A DNA stretch of 64,000 nt, taken from positions 93,711 through 157,710 of the forward strand of contig CAVUIT010000001.1 in the NCBI GenBank assembly GCA_963741625.1. The letters are read 5' to 3'. This DNA is from an uncultured delta proteobacterium (lineage in GTDB: Bacteria > Desulfobacterota > Desulfomonilia > Desulfomonilales > Desulfomonilaceae). The translations under genes were made by a program, and so were the position numbers. Below are positions 20,014 through 27,653 of the stretch, piece by piece (positions within the stretch are counted from its first letter, which is position 1; each line of letters starts with the position of its first letter). The notes below the pieces were generated by a model. It had not been told where the DNA came from, ran no database searches, and saw only the letters and a program-made list of their open reading frames with translations.

Positions 20014-21152
20014 TCTGGTACTGGCTCAAAAGATCCTCAGCTATGGACATACGAGCGATCTCACATGTGGTGCCGGCAATCCCGGCGAACTTCGCTTCTC
20101 GATAGCATCGCTCGACCATGTTTCCACTTACGTACCCTTTTCCGGCCATGATCTGCATTGCCAGGGATGCCACCTTTTCCGACGCTTCCGCTGCAAAAAC
20201 CTTGGCGCAATGGAGCGTGGTCCGCGCCTCGGGATCTGCTTCCGCTGCCATCCACCCTGCCCGGTAGGTAAGAAGTTGGGCCGTCTGAGTGAGAGTCAGC
20301 ATTTCTGCCAGCTTGAATCTTATTTCCTGATAGCTGAAGATCGCCTTCCCCCCGCGGTTATTGGAACCTGCATATTGCCGAGCTTCCGCGACAAGGCTCT
20401 GCATAAGCCCTACCGAGCCCACAGCCAATACCATGTCTTCAACGCTGCGCAGAAAATCAAGAGGGGTCTGATCGTCGAATGGTCCGAGGACTCGTGATTG
20501 CGGTATCCGAACATTGTCCAACTCAATCGATGCCACTGCCAGCCCGTTGTACCCGAGGGTCTGAAGCCTTGGACCCACGATCAGGCCGGGAAGCCCTTTC
20601 TCGACCAGAAAAACCGCAGGCTGTTCACTGATATTTCCCACAACGGCCAGGCAGTCGGCTATGGGGCCGTTCGTGACAAAGCTCTTCTTGCCGCGTCAGC
20701 ACGAATTCCTGGCCGTCTTGGTATGCGGTCGTTCGGAAACCGGAGGGATCTTGAGTGTCCTCAGCTTCGCTTACCGCTACGGCGCCAATCAATTCGCCGC
20801 GCGAAAGCGGTTCGAGGATCTCTTGGACGTGGGCTGCCTCACCAAAGCCCGCGACCAATCCCCCGAAAAGCCGGGCAGATGTCTCCGCCGCAAGGAAAAG
20901 TGAACTCGATACCCGGGCCAACTCCTCCTGGCCCGCCATAAGTTCCATAGTCTGCGATGCGGCTGAAGGCCCTATGCCGACGCTCAGATATCCGACCTCC
21001 GCCAGCTTGCCCAGATACTCCCTTGTCAGGCGTTCCAGTTCGGGCAGCTCCGCGTGCTCAAGACTTTCTGCCATCGTCCGGCCAGCCTGATCGAAAAGGC
21101 CTGCCACACGGCTCTTGAAGTCTTTATTTTTCTCGGTCCAATCGAAATTCAC
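19994..21152 (-). CDS. Acyl-CoA dehydrogenase, split by one frameshift (~20692-20695); last codons and stop lie in the GxxExxY element TIR
   Basis: ORF 20625..21152 (VNFDWTEKNKDF...) rejoins ORF 19994..20641 via LTGKKSFVTNGPIADCLAVVGNISEQ when one nt is removed. Confidence 0.75.
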
Positions 21153-21317
21153 TGATTATTCCATTTCGTAAATTCGGTAACGTGTTTCGGTCAGATGTGG
21201 TGGGACAGGCATCTTGCCTGTCATTTCTTGGTCGACGGGCAAGATGCCTGTCCCACCAATCCACCGGAGTAGGTCGGGCGTGCCCGACGCAATCGGCGGC
21301 CACGGGTCGCCCTACAA
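21153..21317. repeat. REP-like insertion bracketed by a 25-bp direct duplication of the ACAD start region
   Basis: 19-bp-arm hairpin GTGGGACAGGCATCTTGCC...GGCAAGATGCCTGTCCCAC plus GTCGGGCGTGCCCGAC. Flanks 21128-21152 and 21318-21342 are 23/25 identical. Confidence 0.6.
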
Positions 21318-21353
21318 CTTTCTCGGTCCAATCGAAGTTCACGAGGCGAATCC

Positions 21354-22499
21354 TCACATGAGACGGGAGATAATCACCTTTTGGACGTCAGATGTGCCGC
21401 CGCCGATGGGCGCAAGGCGGCCGTCGCGGAAAACCCGCTCGACGTCATATTCGTGGCAGTAACCATAGCCTCCGAATATCAACATCGCGTCGTTTGTCGG
21501 GCCGAGCGACCAGTCTGCCACAAAGAGCTTGGCAACCGCGGCCTCGAGATGATTCAGCGGCCGACCCTGGTCCTTGCACCAGGCAATCCGATAAACCAGC
21601 GACCGTGCAGCCTCCAGGAAAATCTTCATGTCAGCCAACTTGTGTTTGATACCCTGAAAAGAGGCAATGGGCCTGCCGAATTGCTCTCTCTCCTGGGCAT
21701 ATCGCGTGCAGCGCTGTATGAGGAAGGAAATCGCGCCTACAAACGGTGCGAGCAGGGCGCTCCGGTCCCACTCTACCGTCTGCATGGCCATCAGGAATCC
21801 GTTGCCTTCGGAGCCCAACAGATTTTCCGCGGGAATGACGCAATCCTCGAATATCAATTCTGAGGTCGGTGAGGTCCGAACCCCCATCTTGATCAGTTGA
21901 CGACCCACTGAGAAGCCGGGCGTGCCTTTTTCCACGATGAAGGCCGATATGCCCGCATGACCCGCGGAAAGATCGGTCTTGGCATACACCACTGCCACGT
22001 CGGCTATGGCTCCATTGGTGATGAACATCTTCGTGCCGTTAAGGACCCAGGAGTCGCCCTTCCGCTCAGCCCGAGTCCTGAGAGAAGCCACGTCCGAGCC
22101 GGCATTCGGCTCAGTCAACCCCATGCAGCCGATCCATTCCCCGCTTGCCAGCCTGGGTATATATTTTCCGCGCTGAGCGTCGGTCCCGTGGGTGAAAATG
22201 GTATCCGCACACAGGTACGTGTGGGCCCCGTAGCTCAACGTCAGCCCTCCATCCACGCCGGCTTCGCCAAGGGCTTCCGCGGCCAGGACCGACGTAAGGA
22301 CGTCTGCTCCCCCACCTCCCAACTCCTCAGGGAAGTGCAGGCCCAGGATTCCGAATTCGCCCATTTTCTTCCAGGACTGCCTGTCAAATTCAGACCTGAG
22401 ATCATGCTCCTGGACGCGAGGGACAATTTCCCGTCGTGCGAACTTGAGGACCTGCTCCCTGAACATGATCTGCTCGTCTGTGAGCGCGAAATCCATCAA
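21354..22499 (-). CDS. Acyl-CoA dehydrogenase (isovaleryl-CoA dehydrogenase-like)
   Basis: 381 aa intact ORF. MMDFALTDEQIMFREQVLKFA..., first gene after the TetR. Confidence 0.85.
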   Translation of the reverse strand: MMDFALTDEQIMFREQVLKFARREIVPRVQEHDLRSEFDRQSWKKMGEFGILGLHFPEELGGGGADVLTSVLAAEALGEAGVDGGLTLSYGAHTYLCADTIFTHGTDAQRGKYIPRLASGEWIGCMGLTEPNAGSDVASLRTRAERKGDSWVLNGTKMFITNGAIADVAVVYAKTDLSAGHAGISAFIVEKGTPGFSVGRQLIKMGVRTSPTSELIFEDCVIPAENLLGSEGNGFLMAMQTVEWDRSALLAPFVGAISFLIQRCTRYAQEREQFGRPIASFQGIKHKLADMKIFLEAARSLVYRIAWCKDQGRPLNHLEAAVAKLFVADWSLGPTNDAMLIFGGYGYCHEYDVERVFRDGRLAPIGGGTSDVQKVIISRLM

Positions 22500-22520
22500 A
22501 TCTCCTTCAGCGGTAAGACC

Positions 22521-22660
22521 GGGGGAACCTTCTTGTAAAGAAGGTTCCCCCAGACCCCCTTCAAGAAACTCTAACCCTTGCCGGAATCCTCATTTCTCCT
22601 GTGGGAGAAATGAGGATTCCGGCAAAGGTTAGAAGTTCTTGGGAGGGGTTCGGGGAGACC
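22521..22660. repeat. Nested palindromic intergenic element
   Basis: GGGGGAACCTTCTT-gtaa-AGAAGGTTCCCCC (22521-22551). 23-bp-arm hairpin CTTGCCGGAATCCTCATTTCTCC-tgt-GGGAGAAATGAGGATTCCGGCAAAG (22577-22627). Confidence 0.6.
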
Positions 22661-22696
22661 GCGTTTCGTGGGGTTACAAGAAGGGCTCCCCGATTC

Positions 22697-23322
22697 TTAT
22701 TGCTTTGAATCCGAACGAGCGCCGTTCATGAAAACTTCCATGAGTCCTCTTTCGATTCGGTCCTTCTGGCCGGGACCTTTCAGGGGCTGGTTTTCAAGGA
22801 CCATGGCAGACACGAAACTCTCTAATGCGCCCAAAAAGAAGTAAGTCAGGTACCGAGCCTTTACGTCGGCCCGCAGAGCCTTCTTGCCCTGGGCCTGGGC
22901 AATGATTTTTTCCGTTCGGTCCATAAACACCTTGAACCATTCCAGACGCTCCGGCGTCAGATTGGCTGACGATCGGGAGATTTCGGTAATGAAGATGTGG
23001 ACCAGGTCCGGGCGTTGTTCGTACTGGTCGAGAAAGTATTTCACGATGGACCCGAGTTTTTGTTCCACCGGCTCGGACGGATTGCCGCACGGTCCATCAT
23101 GGCAAAGAGGCCCTCCCACCATTCCGTAATGATGGCATCGAACAAGTCTGATTTGCTTTTGAAGTAGTGATAGACAAGCCCGTACGAGATGTTCGCGGCC
23201 GTTGATATGTCTGTGATGCGTGCCTGGTGGAAGCCTTTTTCGCGGATCACTGCACACGCGGCGTCAAAGATGATAGCCACCTTGTCTTTCTTGGCGTTCT
23301 CGGTGCGCGGGTTTGGCTGCAT
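22697..23322 (-). CDS. TetR-family regulator, split by one frameshift (~23080-23092)
   Basis: ORF 23041..23322 has the HTH (REKGFHQARITDISTAANISYGLVYHYF). The C-terminal domain continues in ORF 22697..23257. Confidence 0.75.
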
Positions 23323-23340
23323 GCGCGGGAAATATCAGCT

Positions 23341-23362
23341 ATTGATTGATTTGTCAATCAAT
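23341..23362. promoter_or_regulatory. Candidate TetR operator
   Basis: Perfect 9-bp inverted arms ATTGATTGA-tttg-TCAATCAAT, 19 nt upstream of the TetR start at 23322. Confidence 0.5.
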
Positions 23363-23462
23363 TTTGCAAAACCACCTCAAGTCGTCTCCACTGAACAAGA
23401 CTGATGGAACTGTCGCGTCGGCTAGGCGGCTGCGACAGTTTTTCCTGTTCAGATCCTTCCCC

Positions 23463-23552
23463 AGCAACCGGGAAAGAATGCCCGGTCAGGTCCCCTACGT
23501 CCACAAGCCAAAGCCTCCGTTGGCCAAAATAAGTATGGTGTCCCCAGATTAC
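23463..23552 (+). repeat. Diverged right-end fragment of the R1 family (subfamily 2 end AAGTATGGTGTCCCCAGATTAC)
   Basis: AACCGGGAAAG...CCAAAATAAGTATGGTGTCCCCAGATTAC aligns with the last ~90 nt of R1 copies. Confidence 0.55.
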
Positions 23553-23585
23553 AGATTTCACCGGGAATGTCGCTAGAAAGCGACC

Positions 23586-23615
23586 TTGCAGAGATGTCCC
23601 CATTTGGGGTATAAT
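23586..23615 (+). promoter_or_regulatory. Sigma70-like promoter with overlapping palindromic operators for the MNT/HEPN pair
   Basis: TTGCAG-18 nt-TATAAT. Palindromes CCCCATTTGGGG (in the spacer) and CCCCATTATGGGG (over ATG 23626). Confidence 0.5.
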
Positions 23616-23625
23616 CAGCCCCATT

Positions 23626-24246
23626 ATGGGGACAGCGTCAGACAACCTCAGTTCAGCATTGTTCGGAAAAGTCCGATCTTCGGTGCTTGCGCTCCTCTTC
23701 TGCCATTACGAGAAATCTTTCTACTTCCGGGAAATAGAACGATCCGTCGGCATGGGACGGGGAGCAGTCCAGCGAAACTGGAAAATCTTGTCAATGCCGG
23801 ATTGATTGTCCGGCGGAAACAAGGGAACCAAGTTTACTATCAAGCCAACGCCAAATCAGCGATTTTTTCTGAACTCAAATCCATGATGATCAAGACCGCC
23901 GGAGTGGCCGATGTGCTACGGGAAGCACTGATACCTTTTGCGCAGACGAATAACAACGGCATTCATCTATGGTTCGCTCGCCAAAGGAACTGCGACTGCC
24001 GACAGTGACGTGGATGTTCTGTTATAGGGGATTTGGCGTTTTCAGAGGTCGTTGATCTTCTGGGATCGGCTCAGGAGTCCATAGGGACGAGAGGTCAACC
24101 CTTCCGTCTATCCGGTGGACGAGTTTGTCACAAAGATTTCGCAGGGACAGCATTTCGTCACTTCGCTCATTGACGAGCCGAAAATCTTCCTCATTGGAGA
24201 CGAGGATGTCTTTGGGAGACTGGTTGAGAAACGGCTGGCTCGTTGA
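23626..24246 (+). pseudogene. wHTH + minimal nucleotidyltransferase (MNT-type antitoxin), about 4 frameshifts
   Basis: Pieces read MGTASDNLSSALFGKVRSSVLALLF / NLENLVNAGLIVRRKQGNQVYY / AFIYGSLAKGTATADSDVDVL / IGDLAFSEVVDLLGSAQESIG / EVNPSVYPVDEFVTKISQGQHFVTSLIDEPKIFLIGDE in shifting frames. Confidence 0.65.
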
Positions 24247-24653
24247 ACACACGACCAGCCCGCGGAGATTGGCGAGCTGCTGGCGATAGCAGATCGAGAT
24301 CTCGCTGATTGCCGGGTACAAGGCCTCAGTCCTGAGTGGAGACTCAATATAGCCTATAACGCCGCTCTCCAGGCGTCAACGGCGGCATTGGCCGCCTGTG
24401 GATACCGGCTTCCAGAGAAGCTCATCATTATAGGGTCATTCAGAGCCTCGCTCTAACCATCGGGGCAGATGCCAGCCTGGTGAGACAGTTCGATTTGTTC
24501 CGGAAAAAGAGAAATATTGGAGGCTATGAGCGGGCTGGAACGGTGTCGGATAAAGAGGCAAATGAAATGATAGCCCTCGCTGAGCAGATCCGCAGGGAAG
24601 TGAGAGACTGGCTGGTTTCTTATCACCCCGATCTTGTTGTGTTTGAGCTGTGA
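24243..24653 (+). pseudogene. HEPN-domain toxin partner, about 2 frameshifts
   Basis: AEIGELLAIADRDLADCRVQGLSPEWRLNIAYNAALQASTAALAACGYR then REAHHYRVIQSLALTIGADASLVRQFDLFRKKRNIGGYE... Confidence 0.6.
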
Positions 24654-24748
24654 TTCCGGGGACACTACGCCTATTTCGGCTTACGACCGCGAATTAGGTA
24701 AGGTGTCCCCAGAATTCACAGAATTCAGTCCCCAGAATTCCCCGAAAC
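24654..24748 (+). repeat. Miniature element made only of R1-family ends (one left-type end, two tandem right-type ends)
   Basis: TTCCGGGGACACTACGCC ... GGTGTCCCCAGAATTCACAGAATTCAGTCCCCAGAATTCCCCGAAAC. Confidence 0.5.
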
Positions 24749-24789
24749 TCTATAAGACACCAGACTGGAAACGAAATGCGCCTCAACTC

Positions 24790-24879
24790 ATTGATAAAAA
24801 CGGGTTTACTCGAAGACGGAAGCAGCGTATTATCTGGAAGCAAAACCCTAGGGCGGGTTTACCTGTAAACCGTCTAAAC
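24790..24879 (+). repeat. R2 repeat, copy 1
   Basis: ATTGATAAAAA..GTTTACyCGAAGACGGAAGCAGCGTATTATCTGGAAGCAAAAC...GGGTTTA..AAACC.TCTAAAC, shared with 40689-40777. Confidence 0.7.
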
Positions 24880-24903
24880 GGAAGTTGGATTGCATAGGTG
24901 AGG

Positions 24904-26134
24904 ATGTCAGTGGACTGGATAGTCGTGAACAAGGAGTGGCTCTTCAGCGGCTTACTGGTCGCGATCCCCATTGGCTTGTTTGGTGGTTCTTTCACGGAGG
25001 AACCTCCATCGTTCCCAGGTTCAAAGATCGGGAGACAATTCGATCAATGTCCAAGCGGGCGGAAACATCAACTTTGGAAGCGGCGTGAAGGATGAGCGAT
25101 CAGACGCAAAAAGCCGGGGATAACTCAACGAACATCCAAGCCGGAAGTATCACAGTGCATCAGGGTCTTCGGTTACGGAAGTGAGGCAAATCGCCCTGGA
25201 CCTATTAGAGCGAACTTTTTCGAGCTCGCGGGTGATGCAAGGAATATTGCCCGCCAGCGAGCAGAGGAAGTTACAGAGAGATTTCTCAGGCAACTGCAAC
25301 AAGAGCATGAGGATGGTCTTAAGCAGGCGCAGGAACCTGATTTTCAATACTCTCTCTTGACAGTCCAGACAGAATACGCACGCTGCGGCGATAAAGAACT
25401 TGGCGACCTCCTGGTAGATCTGCTCGTCGATCGAACAAAGCACGAATCACGAAGCATCCTGCAAATTGTCCTGAACGAATCGCTTTCAGTCGCACCAAAG
25501 CTCACACCGGATCAACTCGCAGCGGTTAGCCTAATCTTTCTCTTCAGGTACACCATCAACCATGGGATACGGAACCATGAGACGTTGTGGGAATATCTTG
25601 ATCGACATGTTGCACCATTCGCTGAACTAATCAGTGACAAAGACGCTTGTTATCAACATCTCCAATACTCGGGGTGCGGAACAGTGGGCCTTGTTAAGGT
25701 GGATCTTGTGGATGTATTTAAACAGACATACGGTGGCCTCTTTTCAAACGGTTTTGACCGAAACCCAATTCCAAGGGAAGCAGTTGGCCGTGCCCTTGTC
25801 GCATCCCATATTCCTACCATGTCTGAACGACAACACACGCCGCCAAGTCAACGGAATCAATGAGGAAGTGATTCGTTCAGAATGTAAGCGCCTGGAATTG
25901 TCTGACGATGACATAAGTAAAATAGTAGGCCTTCATAACGAAACGCTCATGAACGCTCGACGAATTCAATAAGCAAATCATCGATGCCGCGCAGACATGC
26001 GCCGGATATTTGAGGTATGGTCAGCATCAAGTATGAGTCAGTTCACTCTCACGAGTGTGGGCATTGCAATTGGCCATGCCAACGTTAAGAAAAACGTAGG
26101 TGAGTTCACAGACTTGGCAATTTGGATTAACTAG
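24904..26134 (+). pseudogene. LPO_1073/Vpar_1526-like hypothetical protein (N-terminal TM helix, GDNSxNxQAG repeats), at least 5 frameshifts
   Basis: MSVDWIVVNKEWLFSGLLVAIPIGLFG / GDNSINVQAGGNINFG / QKAGDNSTNIQAGSITV / TVQTEYARCGDKELGDLLVDLLVDRTK... / FTLTSVGIAIGHANVKKNVGEFTDLAIWIN. Family assignment is from memory. Confidence 0.5.
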
Positions 26135-26173
26135 TCAAATGCAATCTAACTAGCCGCTGCGTAATGCGCAGCG

Positions 26174-26405
26174 TAATCGGGGCAGATAATACACAATCTT
26201 TTGTTGACGCTTCAGGCGCTTCTTCTCACCACTGTTTTATAGTTTGTAGCTCGATCAAGTTGGTCCCCAGCTATCTCCACCAGGGCACGCAGCGTGGTGC
26301 TCAGTTGATGGGACTTATTTCATTCCGCGGGACCTCAACATTGAACACCGGGAAATCCACCGGAAGCCGCTGCCGCAAAAAAACGGTATTATGTCCCTCG
26401 AAATC
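26174..26405 (+). repeat. R1 repeat copy A (most diverged left end)
   Basis: Aligns end to end with copy D. Left TAATCGGGGCAGATAAT, right GGTATTATGTCCCTCGAAATC. Confidence 0.9.
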
Positions 26406-26461
26406 TCAAAGCTATTTATGGACTCAAGCAACCCTAGGCGGTTGCGGGTTCGCTCTGATCT

Positions 26462-27169
26462 CTACTGGGGCAACTGCCAGAATGGCCCAGTCTTTCCGAT
26501 TTCCTCAAGGGTGGCCGGTACCTCATGGAAGTACTCGCTGCTGCGGGCTAACCAATCGTCGTCAAGACGCCTGCGAAAGAATTTCCCTGAGAAAAGTCGG
26601 AGCACGTCCTTGAGAGGGATAATTCCTTCAGCGGTCGCGGAATCAAATTGAGACCAATTCCTTACATGCTCTTCCGACCGGAAGAGATTCATTGTGCTTC
26701 AGGTGTGCGCCCAGTCTTCCATCCATTTCCGCAACGGGACTGAAACATAACCCACTATTTCCTCCGGTTCGATTTTCACGAAATCCCCATCAGACACTTC
26801 CACAGACACTGGATCGCCGCAATCTAAACACACACTATCAATTCGGATGGTCTTGCCCGGAAACAGCCAGCAAACTGCCAGCGATTCAAATCCTCATTGA
26901 CCAAACCATTTTTGCTTGCCATCAATGGTGATCCTATACTGAGTCGGAACATTACTGAAGGGCGCAAAGGAAGCTATCAGACTCGTATTGGGGTAGAGCC
27001 AACAACCAGGAATCTTTAGGTCGATCAGTTCATGGAGTCTTTGTCGGCCTTCGTCCGGTGATACTCCCAAGTCCTTCGCGATGTCCGTGTAATGGGGTGC
27101 GTGACCAGTGTCTATCAGCCCCCTCATAATGATTTGGAACGTCTTACCAAGCTGTGCTGGATCAGCCAT
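26462..27169 (-). CDS. Alkylmercury-lyase (MerB)-family protein, candidate selenoprotein with Sec at codons 92 and 157
   Basis: ORFs 26894..27169 and 26462..26692 are in the same frame. The intervening 201 nt is open except TGA 26894-26896 and TGA 26699-26701. Motifs WFGQ-U-GFES and HT-U-STMNLFRSEEHVRNW. Confidence 0.7.
26669..26686 (-). promoter_or_regulatory. SECIS-like hairpin downstream of the second UGA
   Basis: CUCUUCC-GGUC-GGAAGAG: perfect 7-bp stem, GGUC loop, starts 13 nt after the UGA. Confidence 0.6.
26852..26874 (-). promoter_or_regulatory. Weaker SECIS-like hairpin downstream of the first UGA
   Basis: UUUGCUGG-CUGUUU-CCGGGCAAG: 8 pairs including 2 G-U and one bulged G, 20-42 nt after the UGA. 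Confidence 0.35.
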
Positions 27170-27234
27170 AAGTCACCCCCCAATTCATTTGATTCGGCGG
27201 AACTGCCTTTGGGTATCATTATACCGTCGGGAAC

Positions 27235-27260
27235 TCTCGGGAGACTATACTTAATTCTCA
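27235..27260 (-). repeat. Solo R1-family end (subfamily 2), abutting copy B
   Basis: Reverse complement TGAGAATTAAGTATAGTCTCCCGAGA resembles AATAAGTATGGTGTCCCCAGA. Confidence 0.45.
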
Positions 27261-27270
27261 CTGGTGTACG

Positions 27271-27501
27271 TAATCGGGGGACATAATGCCAATAATGTGT
27301 TGACCTGTCAGGTGCTTTTTCTTACCACTGCCTTATCGTTTGTAGCTCGAGCAGATTGGTCCCCAGCTATCTCGACCATGGCACGCAGCGTGGTGTTCGG
27401 TCGATAGGACCTATTTTCATTCGCGGGACCTGAACACTGAACACCGGGAAATCCACTGGAAGCCGCTGCCGCAAAAAAACGGTATTATGTCCCCCGAAAT
27501 C
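27271..27501 (+). repeat. R1 repeat copy B
   Basis: About 94% identical to copy D. TIRs TAATCGGGGGACATAATGCC / GGTATTATGTCCCCCGAAATC. Confidence 0.9.
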
Positions 27502-27653
27502 TCAACTTCTGATCGCCTCAAAGAACGAAGAGGCAATCAATGTAGTGCCAAGGAACCCTCGCGGCTAATGTATCCTACTTATATCTCTTAACTTAATCTT
27601 TCAAACTGTCGAAGATGGGTTTGACACACGCTGACGGAGCGGTGACCTGCCCC

